DNA of 64,000 nucleotides, taken from IMG/VR virus record IMGVR_UViG_3300004806_000019, positions 20,224 to 84,223 of that record. The stretch is one strand, 5' to 3'. The translations under genes and the position numbers were made by a program. Shown piece after piece: positions 9,848 to 19,382 of the stretch (position 1 is its first letter; each line of letters starts with the position of its first letter). The stretch is from a virus. The notes under the pieces were generated by a model. The model was not told the origin of the DNA. It made no database searches and saw only the letters and a program-made list of their open reading frames with translations.

Positions 9848-10021
9848 ATGACGCACTTTGAAAAACTGATACAGCAGGCACAGGCAGACTGTGTCGCGGC
9901 GATGATGAAGGCGGAATTAGGAAATTCCCACCTTCATGCGTTTCTCAAGGGGCAGCATGGAGGTTTAACCGTCGCCTTGCAGATTTTTAAAAAAGCAATG
10001 CGGCTTGATGCGGAGGAATGA
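9848..10021 (+). CDS. Small hypothetical head-module protein
   Basis: Helical ORF (..GQHGGL..AL..) coupled to the GroES-like gene. Confidence 0.6.
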   Translation: MTHFEKLIQQAQADCVAAMMKAELGNSHLHAFLKGQHGGLTVALQIFKKAMRLDAEE

Positions 10022-10479
10022 TGAGCTTACCGAAGAAAGAAGAAACAGTAGAGGATGTCTTTCCAGAGATCCCTTGTGGACATATACCCTTCGGAATGTT
10101 TGTCATTGTCCAGATTAAGTTATCCAAGCGCGTAACGTCTGGGGGCATCATCATCATTGATGATACCAAGCAGACAGAACAGGACAATACGCAGGTTGCC
10201 AAGGTCGTCGCTATCGGGCCAGCAGCATTTAAAGATCGTCGTACCTTTGAGCCATGGCCGGAAGGGGCTTGGTACAAGGTCGGTGATTATGTTCGTTGCC
10301 CGAAATATGGCGGTGATCGCTGGCGGGTAGATTATGAATATCAAGAGGAAGAGCGTAAGGTGGGGAACCTCGTTCTTGCTCCATCAGTTGTGCAGGGGAA
10401 AGTGGAGTTTGCCATGTTCAAGGACATGGACATCCGGTCCTCTGTAGAAGACCCCCTTAAAATCAAGGCGTATATCTAA
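10018..10479 (+). CDS. groES: Phage co-chaperonin GroES-like protein
   Basis: P.G..VIVQ, TSGGIII mobile loop, KVVAIGP, KVGD.V, KYGG. Confidence 0.9.
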   Translation: MMSLPKKEETVEDVFPEIPCGHIPFGMFVIVQIKLSKRVTSGGIIIIDDTKQTEQDNTQVAKVVAIGPAAFKDRRTFEPWPEGAWYKVGDYVRCPKYGGDRWRVDYEYQEEERKVGNLVLAPSVVQGKVEFAMFKDMDIRSSVEDPLKIKAYI

Positions 10480-11666
10480 TGGCTGGTAGAGAAGCACAGA
10501 TCCTGACTGACGACGATGACGATAGTGGCGTAGGCATCGCTGAAGCGGTATCCAGCAATGCACCGGCAGGGCTTGCCAACAATAATGTTGGATTAGGCTC
10601 CCGTATCGATAATCGTCCCCCGGAAGCCCCTCAGACTGAATTTGAGATCATCGAGACGGATGATAACTTCAATCCTCTCGATCAAGTCCATGTAGAGCCT
10701 GAGAATCGCAATGAAGGACAAGAGGAAACTCTTGTTCAGGAAACGCAGCAGGAACGTGAGGAACGCGCTCATCGTGGTAAGCGTCCTCCGAAAGCTGTTC
10801 GGCAGAGGGAAGCAAAGGACCGGACGGTAAGTGAGCTTAATTTCCTTCGTAGCCGGGTTCAGGAACTTGAGACAAAGGTAACGCAAAGCGTTGAGCCTCG
10901 TCTTTCTGAGTTCGATGAAAACCGTCGCCGGATGGAATTGACAGCGGTTGAAAATGCTCTTGCGGAAGCAGAGAGCCGCTCAATCCATGCTTATAAGAAA
11001 ATGTCAGAGGCAATGGTCAATGCTGATGGAGATGCTTTTGCAAAAGCTCTCCAAGAGCGGGATGAAGCCATTCTTCATGGGCAGCGGTTGCAACTCCGTA
11101 AGAACCAGATGACGACTGAAGCGCAGAGCATTCAGCAACGTCAGCAGCAACCCGCTCAACAAACGCAACCGACACAGCGTCAGTCTCCGCCGATCCCTTC
11201 GATGGTGCAAGAATACATCGATGACTTCACTGAAGAGTTCCCATGGTACAATCCAAAGTCTGGCGATGTAGATTCACAGATTGTCCTTATGCTCGACAAT
11301 GAAGTCGCCTCTGAAGGTTTTGATTCAAAGACTCCAGAGTATTGGGAAGAATTGCGCTATCGCATGGAGCGCAGGCTTCCTGATCGTTTTGAAAGCCAGA
11401 AAGCTCCAAAACAGGCACAAAGAGCAAGACCTCAGACCCAGCAGATTGCGCCTCAAAAACGTGGGCCGCAAATTGGAGGAGGGTCTGAGAGAAGTGCAGG
11501 AACACCTTCTAATCAAGTCTATATTAATCCCGACAGAAAGAGGGCGCTTATAGCTGCCGGGGCGCTAGACAGTGATGGAAGAACTGTGGTAAACAGAGAT
11601 AAGTTTAATGGGTACTTGAAACAGTACCGTGACTTTGATCGCGCAAACGGCGTGGTTCGGCAATGA
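10479..11666 (+). CDS. Probable capsid scaffolding protein
   Basis: Acidic N-terminus, long coiled coil, PWY..YWEEL motif, position before the capsid genes. Confidence 0.7.
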   Translation: MAGREAQILTDDDDDSGVGIAEAVSSNAPAGLANNNVGLGSRIDNRPPEAPQTEFEIIETDDNFNPLDQVHVEPENRNEGQEETLVQETQQEREERAHRGKRPPKAVRQREAKDRTVSELNFLRSRVQELETKVTQSVEPRLSEFDENRRRMELTAVENALAEAESRSIHAYKKMSEAMVNADGDAFAKALQERDEAILHGQRLQLRKNQMTTEAQSIQQRQQQPAQQTQPTQRQSPPIPSMVQEYIDDFTEEFPWYNPKSGDVDSQIVLMLDNEVASEGFDSKTPEYWEELRYRMERRLPDRFESQKAPKQAQRARPQTQQIAPQKRGPQIGGGSERSAGTPSNQVYINPDRKRALIAAGALDSDGRTVVNRDKFNGYLKQYRDFDRANGVVRQ

Positions 11667-12274
11667 GCGGAGATCTATACATGGAATCGTATGAAGAGCA
11701 GGATATGTCGGAGTCGCCCTCGGTTCGGCGTCAGGGACGTAAGCCTCGTTCAACGATTGCCCATGCAGTGGATGAGCGCCTGGAGACTGAACGGGGCTTT
11801 GATGAGCGTGATGTGCAGGAACGTGAGATCACTGAAGACGACCGTCTTGAGATGTTCCGCGACTCCTTGCAACAGTCGGTCTTACCGGACCTTCCTCCAA
11901 TGCCCGGTTTCCACGTCTGTTGGCTTAGTACATCAAACCCGCGAGATTCTATTCAGTGGCGCATCCGTATCGGATATGAATTGATCCGAACCGATGATCT
12001 CCCTGGATGGGATGGTGTGTCTCTTAAAACAGGGGATTACGCTGGTGTGATTGGCGTCAACGAAATGGTGGCGGCGAAAATCCCATTGGGCCTCTACAAT
12101 AAGTATATGCGAGAGGTTCATCACAACATGCCTTTGCATGAAGAAGAGAAGCTTCGGACTCGTACCGAACTCCTCAAAGATCAGGCAAAGGCAATGGGTA
12201 GCATTATTGAAGAAGGTGACGGTATGGCCGAGATCGTACAACGAGCTAGGCCAATGGCGGAGTTTGACGCCTAA
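11663..12274 (+). CDS. Phage head-module protein
   Basis: LPPMPGFHVCWLST..R.R.GYE motif; lies between scaffold and capsid genes. Confidence 0.7.
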   Translation: MSGDLYMESYEEQDMSESPSVRRQGRKPRSTIAHAVDERLETERGFDERDVQEREITEDDRLEMFRDSLQQSVLPDLPPMPGFHVCWLSTSNPRDSIQWRIRIGYELIRTDDLPGWDGVSLKTGDYAGVIGVNEMVAAKIPLGLYNKYMREVHHNMPLHEEEKLRTRTELLKDQAKAMGSIIEEGDGMAEIVQRARPMAEFDA

Positions 12275-12339
12275 AACGTCGTTACTTGCGTTCATGGACT
12301 AGCTCTTTTGGGTTAAAAACCTTTTGGAGCTAGACAAAG

Positions 12340-12963
12340 ATGGCATCAATTTCCTCGCCTTATGGCTTGGACCCCATCTCCAATCAGGAGGGGTTCAGCA
12401 ACCGTTCTCTGCGTATTCAGAACGGTATTGCAAACGGATACGCTACCAGCATCTTCAAAAATTCGCCTGTGACGATTAACCCGGTAACGGGTACAATCCA
12501 GGCTGTCACCACTGCTGGCACGACGGCAACGGCAACTGGCCCGACTCAGATCTTCGGTGTCTTCCAGGGTTGTGAATACACTCCGCTTGGTGGTCGCCCG
12601 GTTGTGTCGAACTTCTGGCCTGCTGGTACATCAATCGATCCGAACTATGACTTCATGGTGTATGTAACACCGCAGTTCGATTCGACCCTTCGTTTCAAAG
12701 TTCAGGCCAACGGCCCGATCACACAGGCGATGCTTGGCGCTCAATTCCAGCTTACAAACTTTGTGGGCAATACCGTAACTGGCCTGTCTCAGGTTCAGTT
12801 GGCGGCTTCCCCAATTGCGGCTGGTCAGTATGGCCAAGTCACTCTTGTAGAGTTCTTTGACAATACAGGCGTGTACGGGTCCATCGGTGATGCTTTCACG
12901 GATTGCATCGTCATTGTTAATGCCACCCAGCTTGGTGGTGCATCAGCGGCTTCCATCGGCTAA
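12340..12963 (+). CDS. Capsid-associated (decoration/cement) protein
   Basis: PYGL.P N-terminus, GVFQGCEY motif, immediately upstream of the major capsid gene. Confidence 0.7.
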   Translation: MASISSPYGLDPISNQEGFSNRSLRIQNGIANGYATSIFKNSPVTINPVTGTIQAVTTAGTTATATGPTQIFGVFQGCEYTPLGGRPVVSNFWPAGTSIDPNYDFMVYVTPQFDSTLRFKVQANGPITQAMLGAQFQLTNFVGNTVTGLSQVQLAASPIAAGQYGQVTLVEFFDNTGVYGSIGDAFTDCIVIVNATQLGGASAASIG

Positions 12964-12993
12964 TGGCCGTATAGCTAGAGAAGGAGATTAGTT

Positions 12994-13908
12994 ATGGCCA
13001 CTCCGATGAGGTCAACAGACTTTCGGGCCATCGTTGAGCCTATTCTTAATGAAGAGTTTGACGGTGTATATGAACAGCGCGTCGATGAATGGCGCGGCCC
13101 TTTCCGTGAACAGACCGGCATTCCGCGTAACTACCATGAAGAGCCTGTGCTGTACGGATTCGGCGCAGCCCCTGAACTTCCGGACGGTTCTCCGGTAACG
13201 TATCAGGCTGGTGGCGTTCTGTTTATGAAGCGTTACCAGTATCGTGTATGGGGTCTGGCTTTCGCCTTGACGCAAGTCCTGGTGGAAGACGGCGATCATA
13301 TCCGTATCGGTCAGATCTATGCGCGTCATCTTGGTCAGTCTTTGATTGAAACCAAGGAAACCCTTTGCGCCAACATTCTGAACCGCGCTTTCAATTCATC
13401 CTATCCGGGTGGTGATGGCGTGTCGTTAGTGAACTCGGCCCATCCTATTCAGGCTGGTACGTTCTCCAATCAGTTGTCTACAGCGGCTGCTTTGTCGCAG
13501 ACTTCTCTGGAGCAGATTCTGGTTCAGGTTCGTCAGGCAGTTGACAACAACGGCAAGCGCATTCGCTTGCAGCCTCGCGCTATCGTTGCTGCACCGTCTA
13601 ACGTGTTCCAGGCTGAAACCATCCTGAAGTCGGCTCTCCGCACTGGTACTGCCAATAATGACGTGAACCCGATCAAGACGATGGGTTTGCTGAATGAAGG
13701 CCAGTACAACATGAGCCGTCTGACCAGCAACACCGCTTGGTGGGTTGTCACTGACGCCCCCGAAGGTCTGAAGCTGATGATGCGCCGTGGTCTGAAGCGC
13801 AGCATGGAAGGTGACTTTGAGACTGACACCATGCGGTTCAAAGCTACGGAACGATATATTCCGGGTTGGACTGATCCCCGTGCCGCTTTTGGCACCCCCG
13901 GCCTGTAA
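12994..13908 (+). CDS. Major capsid protein (HK97 fold)
   Basis: 304 aa, AAGGAG SD, GFGAAPE..G..V.Y, DGVSL...HP, EGDFET...FKATERY..GW.DPR...G. Confidence 0.9.
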   Translation: MATPMRSTDFRAIVEPILNEEFDGVYEQRVDEWRGPFREQTGIPRNYHEEPVLYGFGAAPELPDGSPVTYQAGGVLFMKRYQYRVWGLAFALTQVLVEDGDHIRIGQIYARHLGQSLIETKETLCANILNRAFNSSYPGGDGVSLVNSAHPIQAGTFSNQLSTAAALSQTSLEQILVQVRQAVDNNGKRIRLQPRAIVAAPSNVFQAETILKSALRTGTANNDVNPIKTMGLLNEGQYNMSRLTSNTAWWVVTDAPEGLKLMMRRGLKRSMEGDFETDTMRFKATERYIPGWTDPRAAFGTPGL

Positions 13909-13919
13909 GGAGTATTGAG

Positions 13920-14294
13920 ATGTCGGCACAAAGACTTTCTCTTGCTGCTGGTTCAACTGCGTCGAACGTCGTTCGTTTACCGACTTCGTTCCAAACGTGG
14001 AATGGCACTGGCATCGCTTGCCTGTTGAACTTTTCCGGTCAGGGCGCCGCTGGCGGTACTGCTGCTGCCGGTAACGTAACGCTTCAGGTTTCTCTCGATC
14101 CGAACGCTAACCCGTCAAACACCCCGGCTGTCCTGGCGACGGCGCGTTGGAACAACCATGATACGCTTGCCAGCATCACTGCTGATAAGAACTCATCGAT
14201 TGTTTACCAATGTGCTTATGTCCGGTTGGTTGGGACTGTTACTGCCGGTGTAGTCACTTGTGATCTTGGGTATCCTGATAGTGGCAACCCGTAA
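13920..14294 (+). CDS. Virion structural protein (beta-rich)
   Basis: AAGGAG SD; LQVSLD...W and YVRL motifs. Confidence 0.65.
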   Translation: MSAQRLSLAAGSTASNVVRLPTSFQTWNGTGIACLLNFSGQGAAGGTAAAGNVTLQVSLDPNANPSNTPAVLATARWNNHDTLASITADKNSSIVYQCAYVRLVGTVTAGVVTCDLGYPDSGNP

Positions 14295-14305
14295 GGAGAT
14301 GTGAC

Positions 14306-14506
14306 ATGGCAAACGGTATTGCTGGTGATACCGCCGTCGTAGCTGCAAGCGGCTATCCCGCTGAAGATCTGATGGCGATTGAGCTTCGTGTTATTTCCAA
14401 CATTTTGCAGTTGCAGCAAGGCAACTTCTCGTTGGACGAACTGAAGCAGCTTCGTAATGATCAAGCTCTTGAATTGAGCTTGGCTGTACCCGTACCGGGT
14501 AACTAA
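14306..14506 (+). CDS. Small hypothetical virion protein
   Basis: AAGGAG SD, in the capsid operon. Confidence 0.65.
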   Translation: MANGIAGDTAVVAASGYPAEDLMAIELRVISNILQLQQGNFSLDELKQLRNDQALELSLAVPVPGN

Positions 14507-14550
14507 CCGATCCGGCGCTTCTCGGATCTTGACTAGGAAGGAAGAGTATT

Positions 14551-15204
14551 ATGCCTGTTATTTATGGTCAGGTGGCGGCTCCGTCCACCAGTTCTTTGGG
14601 TGACTCCACCAACGCTCCCCTGCTGCAAGGCAAGGCTGGCGAAGCCGTCGTCACTGAGTTGCATGGCAAGTGGTATACTGAAGCCTATCGTGGCCACGTT
14701 TTCACTGCCGCGACTGCGATTGCCGGTACTGCCGTTGGTACGGCCACCAGCACCAACCTCACCAGCTTGACGCTGTGGAACCCGCTGGGTTCGGGCGTTA
14801 ACTTTGAGTTGATCTCTGTTGACGTTAACATCCTGGCGACCATCGGTGTCGGCGGTCTGGGCCTGTCCTATGCGACCGGTTTGGGCGCCAACATTGGTAC
14901 TGGCGCTCCGGTGATTTCCGGTACGTTCATTACCCCGATCAACACCTTCATTGGTGCTTCGGCCACGGTTGCTGGTACTTCGGCTGCTAAAGCCGGAACC
15001 ACCGTGTCGTTGACGACTGCTCCGGTGTTGTTCACCAACTTGGGCATCAGCACTCAGTCTTCGACGGCTGGTACTGGCGCGTATATGACCCGTGTTGACG
15101 TTGATGGCAAGATCATCGTTGCTCCTGGCTCGTTGATCACTCTGGTCGCGGCTGCTGCTACGACTGCTTCTGCCAGCTTCTTCTGGGCGGAAATACCCGC
15201 CTGA
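14551..15204 (+). CDS. Virion structural protein (A/G/T-rich)
   Basis: Capsid-like codon usage; LWNP.GSG motif. Confidence 0.7.
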   Translation: MPVIYGQVAAPSTSSLGDSTNAPLLQGKAGEAVVTELHGKWYTEAYRGHVFTAATAIAGTAVGTATSTNLTSLTLWNPLGSGVNFELISVDVNILATIGVGGLGLSYATGLGANIGTGAPVISGTFITPINTFIGASATVAGTSAAKAGTTVSLTTAPVLFTNLGISTQSSTAGTGAYMTRVDVDGKIIVAPGSLITLVAAAATTASASFFWAEIPA

Positions 15205-15220
15205 GGAATCGGAATGGTTG

Positions 15221-15244
15221 GGAGGCACTCTTCGGGGTGCCTCC
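15221..15244 (+). terminator. GC-rich hairpin with UUCG loop closing the capsid operon
   Basis: GGAGGCACTC-TTCG-GGGTGCCTCC; no immediate U-tract. Confidence 0.55.
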
Positions 15245-15294
15245 TACTCCATATGATGATATATTTATTTGTTTCTAAATTTATCAGGTGAGCC

Positions 15295-15744
15295 ATGCGT
15301 CCGATTATTTATGCAGCAACGGCAACAGACGTAGCCAATGGCTTCACCGTAGCATTTCCGCTTGATTTTAACCGTGTGGCTGGAAGTTATTCCATTCAGT
15401 ATCTTACCTATGCTGGACAAGGAACGGTCTTGTTAAGCACAGGTTTATACTCTGGCCCTCCATTGGCGGCAGGGGCTACCTCAACGGCTCCTACTTCATC
15501 GATCACGGCAGGGACAGGTGCAGCAGGGGCTGGCACTGTTCAGCAAACCTATGATGATGTTTTTGCTGCTAATGCTTTAGCTCAAGCAATTGGGAGTGGA
15601 ACTCCTAACATTATTTGGACTAGCGTGACGCTTACATCTGGACGAGCGATTGTCTCTCCTCCAGTGAAAGCATTCAGAATTTTGTCTCCTACGCTTGGTG
15701 ATGTTATTACTATCATCGCGCAGGGCAGCAGTGTCGGCGGGTAA
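15295..15744 (+). CDS. Virion structural protein
   Basis: AGGTGAG SD; TVQQTYDDVF motif. Confidence 0.6.
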   Translation: MRPIIYAATATDVANGFTVAFPLDFNRVAGSYSIQYLTYAGQGTVLLSTGLYSGPPLAAGATSTAPTSSITAGTGAAGAGTVQQTYDDVFAANALAQAIGSGTPNIIWTSVTLTSGRAIVSPPVKAFRILSPTLGDVITIIAQGSSVGG

Positions 15745-15755
15745 GGAGCCATAGT

Positions 15756-16913
15756 ATGACCGCTAAATATTTGAAAGATGGCGAAGGCTTCAAGTTTCCA
15801 ACTGAGTTCGGATTTCGCGGCTCGGCGGAAGGTCGGCATGACGCCAAGCGTCAGCCTGTTATTGATGACCAGGAATATGGAGATGGGTCTTATATTTCTC
15901 GTCAGAAGAGGGCTAAGGGTGGCGACGTTGGTGCGGAGATTCATCCGAAAGAAGATATGAAGGTTCATGGTAGAAACGCTAAGAGTGAGCGATATGCCAA
16001 ACCTGAAGATCGTGATGAGAATGTGTTAGGGACTGAGAAAGAGAACTTCAAATCAGATCCTGATTCTTATAATGAGTATCGTGCTGCTGCTGAAGGTGGT
16101 CGTGCTCATTATGATGTTGGTGGGAATGTTGTTCCGCCTCCTGGTGCTCCTGGTGCTGGATGGCAGGGGCGTTTCCAGGGAGCGCCAATGCAGCGGCCAC
16201 CAATGCCAATGCCGCAACAAGGTGCAATGCCACAGGGCGCAATGCCGCAACGGCCTATGCCTCCCATGGGGCGTCCTATGCCGCAAGGAATGTCACCGCA
16301 GGCTATGCCACAAGGAATGTCACAGCAGGGAATGATGCAGCGTCCAGGCGGAATGCCTCCTGGTATGCCACAGCGTCCTGGTATGCCTCCAATGGGGGCG
16401 CCACAAGGTGGAATGCCGCAAGGTATGCCTTTAGCTAGGGCAAAAGGTGGCCGGATGTGTCGTGCCGATGGTGGGGCCTCTGAGCCTGAAAAGAAAGATG
16501 ATCCAATTTACGATGAGATGATGAGGCAGGATCAGGGTAGCCGGGATCATCAGATTCCTAATCCTGAGAAAAGTTCTCCTGCTGATGGACGGTTGCATCG
16601 TGCAGATGGTGGTCCTGCGGGACAAGAGCCAACTATTTCCATGCCATTATCTACGGCTCAGACAATGGCGCAGAATTTAGTTCAGGCAGGTAAGGCGGCT
16701 GGGCAACGTGCTCAATATGGTATGACAGGTGGTTTGGCTAATACCGCTAGGTTTGGCGCTCAAGGGAATCAAATCCCTCCATCTCACATTGCATTACCTC
16801 CGCAACCGAATGATATTAGCCGCCTAGGCCAGCAAAACACTGGATTAGGCTCCGGAGCACCGGGTAAGCCGGTTGCTATGGCCAAGGGTGGTCACGCAAA
16901 GAAGCGGTATTAA
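15756..16913 (+). CDS. Disordered P/M/Q/G-rich protein with repeated xAxGG motifs
   Basis: AAGGAG SD; PQG/PMG low-complexity block; seven xAxGG-type motifs. Confidence 0.75.
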   Translation: MTAKYLKDGEGFKFPTEFGFRGSAEGRHDAKRQPVIDDQEYGDGSYISRQKRAKGGDVGAEIHPKEDMKVHGRNAKSERYAKPEDRDENVLGTEKENFKSDPDSYNEYRAAAEGGRAHYDVGGNVVPPPGAPGAGWQGRFQGAPMQRPPMPMPQQGAMPQGAMPQRPMPPMGRPMPQGMSPQAMPQGMSQQGMMQRPGGMPPGMPQRPGMPPMGAPQGGMPQGMPLARAKGGRMCRADGGASEPEKKDDPIYDEMMRQDQGSRDHQIPNPEKSSPADGRLHRADGGPAGQEPTISMPLSTAQTMAQNLVQAGKAAGQRAQYGMTGGLANTARFGAQGNQIPPSHIALPPQPNDISRLGQQNTGLGSGAPGKPVAMAKGGHAKKRY

Positions 16914-16932
16914 GAGAAGAAAGGTTAAGGAT

Positions 16933-18036
16933 ATGGTTCATCATCTTAAAGACGGCGAGGACTTTGGCCCTAGCCATTTTTCCAAAGACTTCGGTTTCCA
17001 CGGAAGCTCATCTGGTGTCGGTCCTGGCAAGCATCATTCCAAGGCGACACATCTGCCAGAGCGTCAGAGTCCTTCGGATCTGAGCGCAAAGCATGTTTCC
17101 CCTGGAGACAATACCTACCGCAAAGGTGGTGAAGTCGGTCACGCTCATCCCCATGGCCATCATGTGGTTGAAGTCGAACACCATGAAGATGGTAGTGTTA
17201 CACATCACCATGCTCATGGTGGCATGACCCATCACCATGCAGATGGACACATCTCTCATCACCATGCTCATGGTGGGGAGATCAGCGCCCATGAAGGTCA
17301 TCAAGGACATCATGGCGGTCATTCATCCGTTCATGCTCATCCTCATGGTCATCATGTGACCCATGTAGAGTCTCTGCATGATGGCAGTGAAGTCCATCAT
17401 CATTCTCATGGTGGTTATACGATCCATCATGCTCATGGTGGCGTGTCTCATCACGGCGCTCATGGTGAGACTGCTGGCAATGGTCAGGCTGGCCATGCTC
17501 GTCATACAGAAGCTGAGTATATGCCGAAGGGTAAAAACGGCGGATTTGAGGATGAAGACCAGTATACTGAGTATGAAGCCCATGAGGCCAAGCTCCGTAA
17601 AGGGGGTCAACCGAAGCACGGTAAACACCCTTTTCAGACTGAGGAAGCATACGATGATGGAGAAGAGCATGAAGCGATGAGCGGGAAAGGTTCTTATGCT
17701 CGTGGCGGTCATGCTGGTCATCCTGACTATGCTGAAGATAAGGCGATGATTGAGAAGGGTTTCCGTCAGCATGACGAGCATATGCACGGCGGAAAGCATG
17801 AGCAAATTCATCTGGCTCGTGGTGGTCTTCCTCCTGCGTTACGCGCTGGTAAGCCTCCGATTGGTCAGGCTCCTCGCCCGTCTCGTCAGGTAACTCCTCG
17901 TCAGGCGGTTCCATTAGGTGGGGCGCCGATGGGTGTTGAGCCGAGTGCTGAACCGAATGCTGCCGGGTCCGAACAGGGTATTCCGCAGCTTCGCAAAGGT
18001 GGTCAGGCTCATCATAAGAAGCATCATCGGTATTAA
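16933..18036 (+). CDS. Histidine-rich disordered protein with repeated xxGG motifs; shares termini with the previous gene
   Basis: AAGGA before ATG 16933; LKDGE.F...FGF.GS N-terminus; HAHGG repeats. Confidence 0.8.
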   Translation: MVHHLKDGEDFGPSHFSKDFGFHGSSSGVGPGKHHSKATHLPERQSPSDLSAKHVSPGDNTYRKGGEVGHAHPHGHHVVEVEHHEDGSVTHHHAHGGMTHHHADGHISHHHAHGGEISAHEGHQGHHGGHSSVHAHPHGHHVTHVESLHDGSEVHHHSHGGYTIHHAHGGVSHHGAHGETAGNGQAGHARHTEAEYMPKGKNGGFEDEDQYTEYEAHEAKLRKGGQPKHGKHPFQTEEAYDDGEEHEAMSGKGSYARGGHAGHPDYAEDKAMIEKGFRQHDEHMHGGKHEQIHLARGGLPPALRAGKPPIGQAPRPSRQVTPRQAVPLGGAPMGVEPSAEPNAAGSEQGIPQLRKGGQAHHKKHHRY

Positions 18037-18037
18037 T

Positions 18038-18304
18038 ATGAATGGTCCTGTCTCTCAAGCTCAGATCCAGACACTTCTTGAATGGGCTGACTTCTGGGAC
18101 AGGGCCGTTGATATTGAAGGGAAAGATGAAATTTCCTTTCTTCTTCGCCGGGTAGCAATGAAGATTGCTGGAATTATGGGAGTTGAAAATGCCATACCGG
18201 AGCGAGTCTCAGAAGAGGTTGATGCTTGCATCAGCACACAACAAGAGTTTTGCTCAGAAGGTGGGGATCCCCCAGAAGACAGCAAAGAAGTTCGTGAAAG
18301 ATAG
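18038..18304 (+). CDS. Hypothetical protein
   Basis: ATG just after the previous stop; its 3' half overlaps the next gene. Confidence 0.4.
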   Translation: MNGPVSQAQIQTLLEWADFWDRAVDIEGKDEISFLLRRVAMKIAGIMGVENAIPERVSEEVDACISTQQEFCSEGGDPPEDSKEVRER

Positions 18305-18386
18305 TTCGGGACAAGACACTTCAAATCTTCCTGAACGTGTGGAAAAATGCTCTGGCGGGACTGCTTCCCGTCCTTTCAGGTGGTGA
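18189..18386 (+). CDS. Small basic phage protein (MP..S..Q.R.M...AHN..FA.KVGIPQ type)
   Basis: GGGAG SD; motif recognisable from phage morphogenesis regions. Confidence 0.7.
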   Translation: MPYRSESQKRLMLASAHNKSFAQKVGIPQKTAKKFVKDSSGQDTSNLPERVEKCSGGTASRPFRW

Positions 18387-18389
18387 GAT

Positions 18390-18692
18390 ATGGCGACTCT
18401 TTATATTACTGAGGTATCTGCCCTTGGATATGACATGACTCTTGGAACAGTCCCGGCTCCGAGAGTTCCTGCACTTGCTGAACAAGCTGTTCCCATTACA
18501 GGGGCATCTGTTCAAAGTAATCCATTTAATGTCTCCACCAGTATAATTCTTGTGAATACAGACTCTGCCTGTTCGTTGGCGTTTGGCCCAAATCCATTGG
18601 CTCAAATAACAGCGCATCGTTTGGGGGCAAACGAGACTCGGTTTTATTCGGTCATTCCTGGCCAATGCCTTGCTGTTATTGCAAATATGTAA
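18390..18692 (+). CDS. Small virion structural protein
   Basis: MATLYITE start; AFG.NP.A motif. Confidence 0.7.
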   Translation: MATLYITEVSALGYDMTLGTVPAPRVPALAEQAVPITGASVQSNPFNVSTSIILVNTDSACSLAFGPNPLAQITAHRLGANETRFYSVIPGQCLAVIANM

Positions 18693-18706
18693 TCGGAGTA
18701 AAAGAT

Positions 18707-19372
18707 ATGATGGGTGGTTCCTCTCCTCCGAATGCACAAGCGATTGACGGGTTTATCTCTCTCGTAAATGTTCTTAGCGATCCTGACGGTGTTAAGAAGA
18801 CAGTGGCCCAATTAGCTGAAGCTAAGAAGGCGCATGATACTTCTGCAAAGGTTGCTAAAGACGCTCATGCAAAGGCGATTGCAAAGGCGCGTGAGGTTGA
18901 TGCAAAGGTTTCCGATCTTGAAAAGCGGGAGAAGGCTCTTCAGGAATCATTGGCACGACACCTTGAAGATAAAGCTTCTTTGGAAGCTGCCCGTAAGACG
19001 CATGATGCGTTGATGGCTGCACATAACCAGCATGTTCAGAATCTTCATTCTCAGATCTCAGGGCAGAATCAGAATATGGTTCTGGCTCTGGAGGAAGAGA
19101 AGCGGAAGGTTGCTGAACTTACGGCGGCTTTAGAGCAAGAGCGTATGGAAGTTGCGCGTCAGGCTTCTGAGCTTGCTCGTCGCAGTAACGATATGCTGGC
19201 TCAACATACTCTTATGCAGAGTTCGGTAGATCAGCAGCTTAAAGAAGCTGCTAATAAAATGGATGAAGTAAATTCAAGATTGTCTGCATTGGAAAAGCGG
19301 GAGTCTCTGGTTTCTGCAAAGGAAGCAGATCTTCAGCTTAAACATAGCAAATTGCGCGACATTCTTAGTTAG
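18707..19372 (+). CDS. Coiled-coil protein
   Basis: GGAG SD; continuous heptad A/E/K/L/Q composition. Confidence 0.7.
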   Translation: MMGGSSPPNAQAIDGFISLVNVLSDPDGVKKTVAQLAEAKKAHDTSAKVAKDAHAKAIAKAREVDAKVSDLEKREKALQESLARHLEDKASLEAARKTHDALMAAHNQHVQNLHSQISGQNQNMVLALEEEKRKVAELTAALEQERMEVARQASELARRSNDMLAQHTLMQSSVDQQLKEAANKMDEVNSRLSALEKRESLVSAKEADLQLKHSKLRDILS

Positions 19373-19382
19373 GAGATGGTTA

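Noticed and set aside
13012-15228. Long minus-strand ORFs over the capsid genes
   Set aside because: Expected from biased codon usage of highly expressed plus-strand genes
17008-18058. Met-rich and Asp/His-rich antisense ORFs
   Set aside because: Mirror images of the CAT-rich histidine codons of gene 16933
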